Below are positions 35,302 through 50,000 of a stretch of 64,000 nucleotides of DNA, in pieces. This stretch comes from Paramecium tetraurelia (lineage: Eukaryota): contig CT868673.1 in assembly GCA_000165425.1 (NCBI GenBank), positions 62,001-126,000 of the forward strand, given 5' to 3'. The position numbers were made by a program, and so were the translations under genes. Numbering within the stretch: position 1 is the stretch's first letter; each line of letters begins with the position of its first letter. The notes below the pieces were generated by a model. That model had not been told where the DNA came from and did no database searches. It saw only the letters and a list, made by a program, of their open reading frames with translations.

Positions 35302-36692
35302 TCACCATTCCAATACATCTAAGCCCTTTTCAAATTCAGCAGAACCTTCGTAAAATTGGGAATACCATTATCTCCAATTTAATAATGCTTGATCAGCATG
35401 GTTTTTCATATTATACCTTAGGGTTTCTGAAAATATCTTAGCATTCCACAATTTGACATCAAAGATCACTTATCTTAATTCAGCATGAAGAAGATAAGCT
35501 GATATCCAATAAGGTAAGTAATTATTTGTAAATACAGTGTGATAGACTTTTTATGTAAATTTTTCCACAGGTTGAATTGCCTACTTAAATAGTACCTCAA
35601 AGATGGCACTTTTAACATATAATGCGACGGTTGCTGGACCCATTTAGAATCCAGTTGCCCAAACTGCATGGAATTTATACTTATTAAACAAAATGACATA
35701 TCCATCTAACAACAAAACATTCAAATATGGAATGAGTTCTTTGTTGGCAAGATATTGATCAAATATAGATTTCTAATAAGTTCTACACTTTTCGACTGGA
35801 TGAGTCATTTTCTCTAAGAAATCTGGATCTTTGGCATTTTTAGTTCTCATCTCCCATCTTAGTTATACCAACCAAGAGGGAATGATATCCATTGCAGAAT
35901 AATGAACATAATCAAAATGTTTCATATCAGCACCATTTTCTGGTATTTCTTGAATGTGACAATTCACATAATTTACACTCTCAGCTCTCAAACTAAGGTG
36001 ATCACTTTATTCACTCACTAGGTCGTACCATCTAAATTAATAACAAATATATATGTACGGTTTTGATTCTTGGGAATGTAGCCAAATATATACAATTCCT
36101 TTGAGTTCTTTGACAAGATAAGTTTTAATTTTAACTTCTCCCTCAGATATTTTCTATAGGTACTCTCCCTTCTAGTTTTTGGTCACTCTCTCAATATCAG
36201 GATAACAATAAGTTGAAACTACTTTAGGATCCAATTTATCCGAATTTACACAAAGTCCACTTTTACCATCAAAGGCCCATCCATGGAATGGACATCTAAT
36301 TATGATCTAAATTAATTACTCAATGCAGGATCTGAATTTTACTTAACCTCCGATGCCTAAATTAGCACCCATGTGTGGACAATAAGCAGCTACTGCATAA
36401 ACAGTTTTATCTGTTCCTCTGTAGTATGCAATGTGTCTTCCACATAATTTTATTTCTTTCACTTCTCTAATAATTACTTGATAAAATACCCTGATTTCAA
36501 CTCTCCAGATCTACATAGACGATACCAACCATTTGGATACGAGGGAGGGCATTTTCCCCTGGGCAATTTGTTTCTTATATTGTGTTGTTCTAATTTCTCG
36601 ACGATTGTAAAGAATTTGAATTTCCTATAATATAGGAAGTAAAGGATGAAGACAGCCAAAGTTAGGAGGATTTCGTATGACAAGATAGTCAT
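35302..36692 (-). CDS. Rieske cholesterol 7-desaturase (Neverland/DAF-36/Tetrahymena Des7 family)
   Basis: N-terminal TM, PPSYPNGWY, Rieske motifs AYCPHMGANLG and CPFHGW, non-heme iron motif CHIQEIPENGADMKHFDYVH, C-terminal WYSQFYEGS...LEW-stop. Confidence 0.9.
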
Positions 36693-36780
36693 TTTGAAAA
36701 AGGATTTAATGAATAAATTTATATTTTATATCTTCTTATTGTGTACACATTTATATAATTTAATATTTAATCAGTTAACA

Positions 36781-38200
36781 ATGATAGATGATAATAATCA
36801 AGAAATTCAATTTCAACAAAATGACTAAGAATAATAAGTAGCCAAGCAAATAATTTAAGTAGGATAATCTTTATCAAATTACTGGAAATGAATAAAATCA
36901 AGAATAACTGAATAATTACGAATAAAACAATAATCAAGAAAAGAAAATCAACTTAAATCATTAGAATCGGAAAATAGCATATCCAAGTTGTCACTGAAGT
37001 TAAAGAAGGGTTTCTAACTAGGATCAAAGGGTGTTCTTGTAGGAGATAGGCCGAGAAAATACAGAATATACAATGATTACAAAGATAGATAAATTTATTT
37101 AGAAATACTTCACTCCTACGTATTTGCTACTATTTTATTATTCTGTCTTTTCACTGCCTTACTTTTCTCGCTTAAATTGTTTATTTATGACATAGATTTG
37201 TACCATGCTGAAATTTTAAGGGTCTCATTTTATAATACTTAAAGGGCGTATTTTTGCTCGTTCAACTTTCGAAAGTTATACTAATCAATTTTCTGAATAA
37301 CGAATGGCTTGATGAATTTCCTTTTTTGGACAGTTCCTTTGAAAATGGATGAGATTATTTAAGATAACATTCTTTGTTCTAACCAATTTAGATGTCTGCT
37401 ATTGCAATTATTATAACTATAGGTAAAATAAGAAAGATGTTACCATAGAATTTATGATGACATTCTATGGAATGATTCATGCATTCTTCTTCAATTTTAC
37501 CTTTAATGTTAGCGTTTTTCTACCTGTCAATACAAAATTTTGATAACCTTCAAATTCGATACTTAGTTATTTCAGGTCTCAATTTGCTCTCTAAAGTGAA
37601 TGGATTCATGCATTTAAGTTTTTGCTGGAAGCTCATTTCTAAGTATTAGATGGAGTATTTAGTTTATCTTTGAATTAAATGTCAAACTCTTCCTAGTTGT
37701 TTCAGTGTTTATAAAATTATAAGAATTTAATATTGAACATGAATATTTCGGTATATTCTGCCTATGCGGGCTCATCTAATTTATTTATTCTCTGAAGACC
37801 AGGATATTAAAGGATAGAACTTATCAATAAAATACTTCTAAATGAAGAAAAAAAAAAAGAAATTCTTTGTTATAACAAATAAATAAGAGAGTTTTGGTAT
37901 GTCATATTTGGATTGTGATGCCTAGCCTGAAATACTAAATGTTGTGGTTGAAAAGTCAACGTATAATTTATCTATTATTAAAATACTCCTTTATTCAGAA
38001 AGCATTTAAATATTTTTTCAATGATGTCCCTAGCATTTATCTTCTGGCTTTTTGGTGGATGGGATATTATCATAACCAATTAGATACTAATTTATATGTG
38101 CTTTGTTGGCTTTGGATGTTCAGGTATTATAATATTAAATTTTCTGTATATTTTCTTACTGGAGGGAAGAAAATATGGTCAAACCATGAAATATAAATTA
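36781..38200 (+). CDS. Probable multi-pass membrane protein, gene structure unresolved (possibly disrupted)
   Basis: The 5' part is clean (MIDDNNQE...YVFATILLFCLFTALLFSLKLFIY). Hydrophobic segments continue downstream but TGAs (e.g. about 37350) interrupt the frames I tried. The end is approximate. Confidence 0.35.
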
Positions 38201-39565
38201 TAATATTTTGAATACATTTATATATTCATAAAATCATATTGTTTTTAAAAACTGACTTTAAGACATAAAATCATTCTAATATATCCTTAGGATCATTCTA
38301 TAAAATGAATAATATAAATCATTTTTAGATTGAAGAATATTTAACAATGTTTTTGGTCTCACGAATAGTTATTAATATCATAAAATTATTTATTGGTTAA
38401 TCATTATTTATTTTAATCATCTCTCTTTTGTTAATTTTGAATTGCTAAAAATAATACAAAAAATATTCAAATCCTAAATGTATTATAATTAATGCCTTTT
38501 TATTAATATAAGAATATTCTTTTAGTTTAAAAGTTCTTTTTTTAATTGTATTTTCAAAATAGAAAGGCTTCTTAAGACTACTAGAACGATACGACATGAA
38601 TCTCAAAATTTAAAAGACCTTATTAATTTACTTATTAACAAATTCTTATATTGCTTTTGAAGAAAAGTCTCAATATTTTCAAAGTCTTTCAGCGCACCTT
38701 TTATGAATTCATTAATCCTTCTTTAAACTTGTTACAATTCATAAGTATTAGTGGAAGCCCGTCTTAAATATTACCATCCTCTTTTGACAATTTATTTTTC
38801 TTTATTTTTGGGGCTAAGTGTTTTCATACATAGAGTAATAATAGCATAAATTTCAATAACAATATAAATAAAAATCATTGAGACCTAATGAACATAGCCT
38901 ATATTCCCAAAAGACCTTTTATAGTGATTTTACTTTTTTATATTGAATTTCGACCAATTCTTATTTCCAAAGGCTTAGAAATGCCTATGACAAATTTGTA
39001 TTAACCTATCAAGGATATACCAGAGTTTTCCTCCCTTTTCAAAGCTTCTTCGTTCAAATCAGTTTCGATTAATTCCCATTCATCTAATTTTAAAGTAGTT
39101 GATTGATCAACTTAAGTTATCGAGATTTGCATCTTATTTAGAGATCCCATATTTGGCAAATGATGTATTTTATCGAAATTATAATAGTTATATTAATCGA
39201 AATAAAAACTAACCAAATCATAATATCTTCAGTGAGTTTAATTAAAAATTCTCAATTATAATTAACACTTTTTAAGAAGCTAACTCAGTTTTCAACCCTA
39301 AATTCCTTTTTTTTAATCCCAGATTAATCCAATTTGAAATTGATCTTAGATAAATTATGAAATAGAGGAAGTCATTCGAATCAATAATGAGGGACTAATT
39401 TTGCCCCTATGTTTGATTGCAGCGATAAGAAATAAAAATTCATAATTTGGATCCTTAGATAAGTTGGGTAAGATAGTGGGAAAATAAAAAAACTGAAGAC
39501 AATTACAACAATAATTAAGTTGTATTAATTAGTAATATTTTTATATTAAATTTACAACTACACAA

Positions 39566-40933
39566 ATGGGAACTAATAATTCAAAGGAAAAAAGCAACTC
39601 TTACAAAATCACTAAGGAATAAAATGATGTTCCATAAATAAATCAAAAAAAAGATTAGTCCTAGGATCTAGTTCAATAGCTTGAGAAATCTAGCTCTAAA
39701 GTTTAGAATGCCTAAATTAAATCATAAATTAATAAATAATAAATAAGAAATGAAGTTCCCAAAGTAAAAGAGGAGCAACTTCAATAGCTCTAAATAACCT
39801 TCTACAAGGGAGACTTTGAAAATTAAATTTTTGCTCAATAAGATCAGTCAACAGTTCTACATAATAATGTTCAAACCTAAGTAAAAGAACATGGAGTGGG
39901 GTCAACTTTAGATGTAAACTTAGAAATTCATGATGATCATGCAATGGATGTGAATGGATGCAGAAACAAATTGAGAAATGATAGATTCATACAGATATAA
40001 GAGCATGATCCTATAATCGTGGCTGTCTTAGATGATCTGGAGTGTCAAACCTCTAGCCATCACCCATCGAGTACTTAGGCCAAGCCTTACACAGGTACTA
40101 AAATAATGATTTAAAATCGAATTATTGCTGGATTATGGAAGAAGTTGGGACCCTATAAAGTGACCAATTTCAACTTTACACCATTCGAACTATAAGAGAA
40201 CTTGATTTATTATGGAGAATGGTTTTAATAAAAAAGAAATGGCTTTGGATTTTTGATTTGTGACGATTTTATTTATGAAGGGTATTGGTTGAATGATGCT
40301 TATCACGGCGATGGAAGGATGATTAGTAAAGATGGGAATATCTACATTGGAGAGTTCAAAAATGGATAATTTAGTGGTGATGGATTTTATCGTAATAATG
40401 AATAAGTTATGTATGAAGGCGAATGGGAAAATGGACAAAAAAACGGTATCGGAAAAGAATAGATGCCTGATGGATCGGTTTTTATCGGTCAATTTTATAA
40501 AAATTAAAGAAATGGACAGGGAAAGCTATTCAACAATAAGGAATAGTTTGTATTTGAAGGAGAATGGGTAAATGGAAAGCCCATTGATGAGGGTAGAGTG
40601 ATTTGGCAGGATGGTAGAAAGTTTGAAGGAAAGTGGTGTAATGGAATGATGCATGGGCATGGCATATTTATATGGCCAGGAGGCAAGAAATACATTGGGA
40701 ATTATGTGAATAATGTAAGGGATGGATATGGGGAATACTATTATCCAGATGGAAAGATATATAAGGGAATGTGGAAAAAGGGATTAATGCATGGATAGGG
40801 AATCATAATATATCCCAACAATTCCCATGAGAAGGGGTAGTGGAAGCAAGGAAAAAAAGTTGTAGTTTAAGACAAAAAGCCCAAAGAAAAATCATTAAAG
40901 AAGTAGGAAAGTAAGGTTATCTTACCTCTTTGA
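39566..40933 (+). CDS. MORN-repeat protein with possible N-myristoylation
   Basis: Starts MGTNNS, then tandem YxGxWxxGxxxGxG repeats (YEGEWENGQKNGIG, FEGKWCNGMMHGHG, YKGMWKKGLMHGQG). TGA at 40931-40933. Confidence 0.9.
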
Positions 40934-41007
40934 TTTCATCTTTATATTTTACTTATTTCGAGTTATTAATAATAAATAAATTTAAAGTTATCTTATTCAC
41001 TTATAAA

Positions 41008-44000
41008 TCATTCTTTAAGTGCACAAATAAGTGCTGTTCCTCTTAATGTCCAATAATCAGGAGGTTAATCTAAAGTTGGTAAATCCTAAAATTATATATA
41101 ATTATAATTAATTACCACAGCCAAAACGTAATTTGTACTTTGTCCTGTAGTGGATAACACACCAGCTCTAGTTTATGTTTTGTAAACAGGACAACTAATT
41201 ATTTAATCACAATTAATACCTATAATTATCAGATCTCGATTAATATTTGTCCTATTGTAAAGGTAAGAAGTGGATAACTGGCATCAACATATTCATTTGA
41301 CCCTAAATATAAATAATAATATTTTACAAAGTTAAGATCAGCCAGACATTTCTTCTTCCATTGAGCTCCTTCCAAGAATAGACCATATATAAATACACCA
41401 TCAACTGGTTTGATTGAACATTATTCCTTCTCAAATTCTTATACTTTAAATGAGAAAACAAGGTTGTCAATAGCTATGGTTGTCTTACGAGCATGTGTTT
41501 AGAGAACACCAGTTAAAAATCCTTATGGATAAAAGAACCCTGATATCCAGAAACAATTAGGTCCTCCTGTAACAAGCCATTCTGACATGAACTTAACTCT
41601 TTCTTTTAAGTCTCTAATCCATGATGCCACATCTTTTAATGACAAATATCCAACTTTATTCCATACCTTTGGAACTTCATTGTTCATTAGTGAATAATAC
41701 ATACTATCCAATTCTTGACTCATTACCACTTGATACCTTCAATAGCTTAAGCCAATCCTTACAATGTTCTACCCATAGTTGAGAGTAAAATGTTAAAACG
41801 TTCTAATTCTTACAATAGAACTGTAGACAAGGATGGAATAAGATTTTTCTCTGGATTAATTTGCCATAATTCTTTATTAGATTCTTCTTTGTTTAAGAGA
41901 GGAGGGAGATCATCTTAAATACTCTTGACAAGTTCTAATACTATTTAATCAGGTGTTTTTTCTGATGATCCTCCGCCTTCTCTTGGCTATATAGACAAGA
42001 TAGTTTCTAGTATTGAGTCACTTTCTCTTTATTAGAATGTAATATTGGCATTTTCATGCATACCAAAAACTGCAGGATCATCAGTCATGGGTAAAGATTC
42101 AACATATTTAATATACTCTTCAATTACGTTTTTCTCAGGTATTCTGTATGTATTATTTTCGCAAAAGACATAGTGATCATCCAAGACTTCATTACATATG
42201 AATTTCCTCAAAATGGTCATCAAACATCTTCTATCCCAATCATCAGTTACTCTACCTCCATAGTTGATATTACCACTGACATACAACATGGCATCCCAAG
42301 GTACAGTGTCATTTTCACCTAAAAGCATCTTAATGACTGTCTTTGAAGTATCAAGATCACTATCATTAAATTCATATTTGATATTCCATCCCAAAGGCCC
42401 GAATTTCTTTCGTTCTTAAATAATGGCATGGAAATAGCACAATCCCATAACTAATTTATGATAGATCTCTGGTTTAGCAGCAGAATCCAAGAATTCATTG
42501 GAAATATCTTAAAGGGATCTCTTCAGATTTGCCTTCAAACCTCTAGGTGGTTCTGTTGTTAATTTAATTCCATTTTGAAGTATACTTACAGGGAAATAGG
42601 AAGCAGGCATTGAAGTTAAGAACAACCTATAACTAGGATTTACTGTTTATTTCTTGGCTGTAATATCATCCACCAATTTTTCTAAATCTGGCATAAATGT
42701 CCTTGCCAAATGACAATTTTATAATAACACCCAACCTCCTGTTGTAGTGGCATCATTAATTTGTTTAGTAGCAATCTTTCCTTAACCTTGACCCAATGAG
42801 ATAATAGCTAAGTTTTCTTCAAAGTTTCTTTCCTTTGCGAATTTTAATATCTGAGATGTTGGGTCTGCTCCTTATGATAGTACAAATATAATAGGAGTTG
42901 TAATCATCAGAGTCATTATATAATGTTTCCATTGTTGTGTTTGGAGATTCCAAATAAAATCTACCAATGTTTTATTCAACATAACTTGAGAGTGCAAACA
43001 ATATTTTTTCGCTTCTAAAAATCTTAATAATCATCATTTTTTCAAATTCATCCAATTTGCTTTGATAAGGTTCTTCTAATTTCACAACCAAAGGATCTGA
43101 TGCTTATATGTATGTTTTCCATGCAGCCATATTCTTCTATATGTGTTAGCATAAACCTTTAAAGACTTCGAAATTAAGGTCTAAAAATGCAGCTAATTCC
43201 CAAGATGATTCTCCAATTAATACTTTGTCTGGATTAACTGGCAATTTTGACTTTTCAATTACTCCTGCTCCTCTCAAAAATGAGCTCCAAAGACCATCTG
43301 ATATTTTATTGGCCTTTCTGTTAATTTATGCTGCAATCAAAAATGAATAAATTAGCTTATGCTACTCAAACAATCCTCTGCATACGTTAGTGAAGATTAC
43401 TCTTGTTATGCTATCAATCAAATTAGTTAACCTTTATTATAATTCTTCAGCTGACTATGCTTATCTCATAGCTAAATTGAACATCACTTAAACGTATTAT
43501 AACGAGTATTGATACATAGGATCAATAAGATTTAGATCTTTGATTACGAAATACAATACTGAACCTCTTACTGCTACTGATCTATATTCATTACGCACTC
43601 TCTCTATAGTTTTCTCTAATATGACTGATTCTTCAATTTTGATATTGCTTTCTTCACTTGTGGTCTTGGCAGATTGCAATGAGGTAATCAAATCTACATT
43701 ATCTAAGATCTTCTCTGGATCTGCTTCAGCCAATTGTTTTAAGATCATTGATTCAGATTCACTCAACATCTTTCGATATTAAGCTAATTTCATGACATTC
43801 TCATCCTTTTGAATTTCAATCTCCTCCTTTTCTAATCTCACAACATCTGCCAATAATTACTCTTCTAAACCTTCAAACGTAACTGTGAAATTAATCACTG
43901 TAACTTTAATGAATACTTCAGGTAAATATTTTGGATTTGGAATCTTTGTTGTTATAAACATCTTGAAATTCTTATCAAAATCTATATCTGCTTCACCAAA

Positions 44001-47000
44001 CTTAATCAGAATACGACCATCAGCTTCTTTGTATTATTTCTACAATATAGTTTCAATTGAAGGATCCAAATTCTCCTCAATATCTTAAATTAAAATAGGG
44101 TATCCATTTGTAATACATAATCTCATGTCAGATTAAAATTTTGGATCCGAGAATTTAACTACTTTCAATTTAAGATCTTAAAATGAACTCTTTATCCAAT
44201 TATTTGCTTATTATTGTGGATCAATCATCAAAGGCCATCTGTAACCTTGAGTGGCAAGAATAGAATTCTCTTAAGATACAGAATCACTTGGCAATTTGTG
44301 AATTGTTCCAATCTCTCAATTATAATGGGTCTCCTAAAGTACCAACCAGTGTGAATTTCTCAGATACAGGAATTTATGCCTCTCTCACCTTTTCAGTCCA
44401 ACGAGTAATCAATTCATTTCTGTATGGCCCAGTAAAAGGTCCATTGTATGAAATGGAAGCTGCAGCCAAAAAGACATCACCAATTAAATTGATGATGGCC
44501 ACTCCTAATTCCTCCACAGTACGTGCCCATCTCTCAGCTTCAGATGCTGTAAGACTAATTAATTTCTAAGCTCTATCTAATCTAGCCTCAGTTAATTCTT
44601 TCAAGTTCTCCAGATCCTATTTCTTTTGTGCCATTTCTGCAGTATCTTATTATAATTTCTTAACAGCCATTTTGACCTTCTAAAGTTCAGCCTCCTTAAC
44701 TGCCAATTCCTTATTTGCTGAATCCAAAAACTGCCATCATTTCAGCCACTTTCCTCTTCTTTGGTTCTACTTTCTTGCTTACAATAGAGTATGTATTCAT
44801 AGCCAAACACCAAGTTGCCATATCTGCAGCTGGTTTAGCTTTAGTTCTGATTAGATCAGGTACGAAGTCTTCCCTCGAAATGATTTTTTTCAAATTATTG
44901 AGTATCTTATCTGGAATATTATCTCTTGGATAGTTCTTCAATGAACTTACAAATGAACCGACATCAATCATAGCCTTTTTGGCAGAGTCCCAACTTGTAT
45001 TTAAACCTAATAAGGTTAAGACAGCCTCAAGAACCATGACGACTGCTTAAGGAGGATTGTTATAAGTTCTAACGATTTTAATTTCATTCTCATCCATCTG
45101 TTCAACTGCCTTCAAAGCCTTTTCTAATTCAGGCATGACAACATCTAAATCAGCTTGAGCATCATCAGCTATTATCTTTACATCTTAAGCCTTCTTATTC
45201 ACTTCTTCAGTTTCAGCTTTAACCAATTACTCCTATTGACTTGCAAGATAGGAATCTTAATTGACTTTTTCAAGAGCCTCCTACACCTTTATTGAAGACT
45301 CCTCCAATTAAGGTTTGAGATCAGTCAGAGTCACTTGTAAACCTGCAACTTGTTCATTAGCCATCTTTAACTTAACTAAACCACCTGACAGTCTCTTTTA
45401 TTTTAATTGCAATTCTTCTCTTTTTCTTTTCAGACTACTTAAATACAATCCGATCAGATCTAAATAACTTTTAGGAGTAGTGTAAACCTTTCGTTTAAGT
45501 GCAGCTTCAAATTTATCTGCACAATCTTTAGCTGATATATGAATTTCCATACACATCTAAGCCAAACTATCAATCAATTGTTTCTATGGAATATCGGTTT
45601 AAGGGAAATCGGTCTCTTATTCCAAAATTTTAGTAGCCACTGAAACCAAAGCTTCTGCTGGCCAACTTGAAAACCAATCTAGAGTACAACAATCCACCAT
45701 GGCAGGGAATTTACGACATCTAACTCTAAGTGCATCACCAACAGGAGACATGCACAACACAATATGCAATTGATTTCGAACACTTTCCACAAAGGTTTTG
45801 TAAAGAGTATCAGGATCTTCAGGTCTCTTCAATCTTGCATTGATTTTCTTGACTTCTTCAAGCAATGGTTACTTTTCTTCAGGTTTCCAAATATTTGGCA
45901 CTTCTCCTGAATTCAAAATATTGTTAATATCTTCAAGGAAACTTTCATACACAATCTAAGAATCAGTAAATAAGAAACATAAGGGCTTTTCCTATAACCC
46001 AGATATTTGGAATATTTTCTTTAAGAAATCCTAAAAGTTATCAACTGAAAAGTTCTTCGTTATTTCTAATGACTAGATTTATTGATTCTACATAAAGGCT
46101 GACAGTCTAGTTAACGATTGTTTTCCTGACCCTCCAACACCAAATCAACATTGCATTTCCTCTTGGTTACCTGAGGATTCTAGAGATTCTCAAAATGTGA
46201 TCGATTGCATCTCCAAAGAATACTAATCTTGTCTTCGAATTGCACTCAGTATTATAATCATCTAATTTATCCTCTAAAATCTTAACTAATTTTGCAACAT
46301 CTTTGATTTCTTCATATTCTTTATTATCTGAATCAATTTTTAGGATATCGCCATAAAGCACTTTATTGGCTCCATAAACATCATCTTTAGTCATTCTAGA
46401 TTTGAATTATCGGCCCAAAAGATCTCCAACTAATTCTTTGAACCAATCTCTATCAATATCATTAATCAATCTATCATAAAATACTCTACTGACTTCATGA
46501 ACCCATAAACGTGTTACTTAATCCACTTCTCTAACTAATCCAGGCTTGACCATCAATACACCTTAAAATACTTTGCTGACATCTCTTAAATTAAAAGTAT
46601 AATGAAATTTGGATGGGATAGGTAGTTTCTCCTTAATGATTCTAATGTAAACTTCGATAGTTGCATTTGTGATAGTATCTGACATTTTTTTAACAGGATC
46701 AGTAAATCCTTATCCAAAGAATCCATTGAGGATGCTAAAGAAGATTTTGAATAGAGTAGATTATGCAGGTTGAGGCAATGAGAGCATATTAAAATGCCTT
46801 GTGAATCTGGGTGTAAGTGGATTACGACCACCCCCAGGAGGAGCACTGCAACATAGTAATGTAACATTCTCTATAAACTTCTAAAATCGCTCTTTTCTAT
46901 CGTACAGGAATCCCTTATCTACTAATAATCTAAGCAATTCAATAGGTGGTTAAGCTCCATACTCTTCCAATTATGGCATATTCACATCATCAATAAATAT

Positions 47001-50000
47001 GCAAGTCTAGCGACCTGGTTTAGCTGTCAACAATGCTTTTCTGGTTTTCTCTAGTTTATTCTCAATAGTCATTTATGTAACCATGGATGTAGTTTGAGCT
47101 GAAAATATTATATACACTGGATCTATCGATCTGGGTTCTTATATTTAAACTAATAATTTAGCCAAGACTTGACTCTTGCCAGTTCCTGTGGGACCAGTCA
47201 AATACACTCTCTTATTAATAGATAACAACTGTTCAATGATGTAAGAATATCGAACAGTATCTACTGTTGGTACGAGCATATTAAAAAACTGTTCAGTGGG
47301 ATCATATGTGAATTCTTCAATTTTATCATTCCAATGCTTGAAAGATAATTCATTAGAAGTATCTAAGTAATATGAGTACACTTGGTCAACATTTGGGAAT
47401 ATGATACTCTAAAAGCGATCACGGAAGAAATCACTCATGTCTTCATGATGTTTGTCATCAATAGAAGCTCCAACTGACCAAATACATCCAAATGTGAAAG
47501 CATACAAAATAAAACGTTTTCTTGAGTCTGCAGTCATTGTAGCTTTGAATCCATATTTATCACTGATAAAGGCTTCCAATAGATTACATAAAGAAACTAC
47601 TTACTGAGTGTCATTAGTTCCAATAGTTTCCTTAAATGTCTTTCTGATTTTGTTGATGACATCGTTGACATATTCTTCAAATAAGGATTACAAATATGTC
47701 CTTTCATTTTTTTACAGAATTTCTACGTTTTGTATATTTCCATTAAGTTGAATCTCTTTGGGACCGAATTCAGTTTCAACCCAAGATTATACATAAGGTA
47801 GCCATCCCAAATCTTCTTGTGTCAAATAAACCATACCACATCTACTGACTGTGGCTGGAGATGCTACTCTTAAGTCTTGCACTTCAAATAACATTCTCAT
47901 CTAGGTTCTTAATTTAATACGTTGACCATTAGCCAAACAAAGCATCATATTGTCATCTAACACTGTATTCATATTTTCAATCCACAAGGCATCAACGGGT
48001 CCATCAAACACTACCCATTTCTTCTCATTGGTTTCATCAGCAGCAGCTTCTCTCATGATTTAAGATGCCAAACCATCTTGCCATTCTTAAGTAAATACAT
48101 TCACTTCACCATATAATTCTCCCATGGAAATACACTTAGCGATTTAGAACATAAGAATGTAACTAATTAATATCTTTAATCCTAATGGTTAAGTCTCCTT
48201 AAGTCACTCATAGTCATTTCTAAACATTTATAACATGAAGTTTTTCCAGAGTTTGTATTACCCACCAACATCACACCAAATCTTACATTGAATGTTTCAA
48301 AAAGCTAAATGGTTTTGGTAATCAAATTTGGCACTCTTTACAATTTCATTTTATCCAATGATATTTCTATTTACTTTTGCAAGTCTCCATAATCTACTTC
48401 CTTAATAATGGCAGTTGGGAACAAGTCGCTAATCAAAGCTGAAAATAAGGGTAGATCATCTTTTAAGAACTTTGGTACATTACTGTCTCTCATGGCTCTG
48501 ATTAGAACGGCATCCTCAGGTTAATTGATATCTGCTCTTTTTAATGCTCCTGCCATGACCAACACAGATTTGACTGCTCTCATACCAAAATCATAATGAT
48601 CCTGTTAACTCAACTGTTGGGAACTCAACTGATATAATTGAGTCATCTTTTATGACAAAGACTTGGCATCTTCAAAACCTTCTGCTTAAAGCATGATTTC
48701 AGCAATTAATTTATAATCAGGAATCATCATAGATACTGGTCTAAATAAGACCTTTAGATTGTCTGGTAATTCAGTTCTACCAGCATATCCTGGATTCATT
48801 GTAATGAATACTCCCACTTCTTCCTTTAAATTGATTGGTTTATCTGGATTCACAAATATAAATTATTAATCTCTTCTGATTAATGCCTATCTTACAGTTA
48901 ATAATTGTTGAGCAATGACACTTAACACTTCAATATCAATACGATTGAATTCATCCAAACATGCCCAAGCTCCTTATTAAACTAAACCACTGAATAATCG
49001 TCCCATCATCTTATATTCAATTTTAATCTGAACAATTGAACACAACACAAAACATTCCCAAAGCTTTGGCCAAGTCCTTCGCTTGATTCTGTCTTTCCTG
49101 TTCCTGCTGGTCCAGCTGGAGCTGCTCCTAATTTAATATTCAATGCTCCAGTAATTGTCATCCAACATCTGTCTGTCAAATTAGTAATAACCAATCTTGT
49201 TGTAGCTCCTAAATATTCGTATCCATAATTTAATTTAGCATTAACTTATCTCACTATTATTAGATCATTTTCATCCATATAATATCTTAATTATTATTAC
49301 CATGAGAATTCACTGATTGAACTAACATTTTCATCAGTTAAAGCATCCACAATATCTCTAGCATGAACATCCTAAGTAATCAATGCCACTATGACTTTGT
49401 GTTGAAGTGGAGTCAATGTACCTCTAACTAAGGCAGTCAATCCATTCAATGACTCATATAACAGATTATAGTGTTTTGATAAAGCAGTAGAATCATCTGT
49501 CATACTATTAATAGCTTATTCAGTATCATATGTCCAGATTAGATTCGAAATTGTGGCAACTACTTGAGCTGGTTAATTTAGTAACCAGTGATTTCTTTCT
49601 TAGGTTTCACTCTCTACTTTTCCTTGTTTCATTCTCTTCTTTAAGGATTCAATCATCTAATCTTAAAACTTTCATCAACCACAATTCAACTTCTTCTTTT
49701 GTTGAAACACCCTTTACAAATGGAATCTTCTCTCCTTCTGGTGAAATCATTCCATTTACTGATCTAGCACCTTCTTCAGGTTATTCAAGTCTATAAATGG
49801 CTTCAAAACATTTCTTTAAATTTCTTTGAATTGCATCAAAATCTTATGATTTAGCTAAAATCTCCAAAAGTTCATCGTTTGATAGGAAATAAAATCTTGG
49901 GAATGCCATTCTCTTTTCTTCTAAATAGGATTCTAATGCCTTTTGAATTCTATTTAATGTTTCTTTATATTCTCTGAATTTATCAAGTAATCCACTTGCT

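Noticed and set aside
39379..39505. Hairpin AATCAA...GGG/CCC...TTGATT followed by ANANNA and a later ACA
   Set aside because: No proper pocket, a weak second hairpin and no recognisable rRNA complement. ANANNA and ACA are frequent in A-rich DNA.
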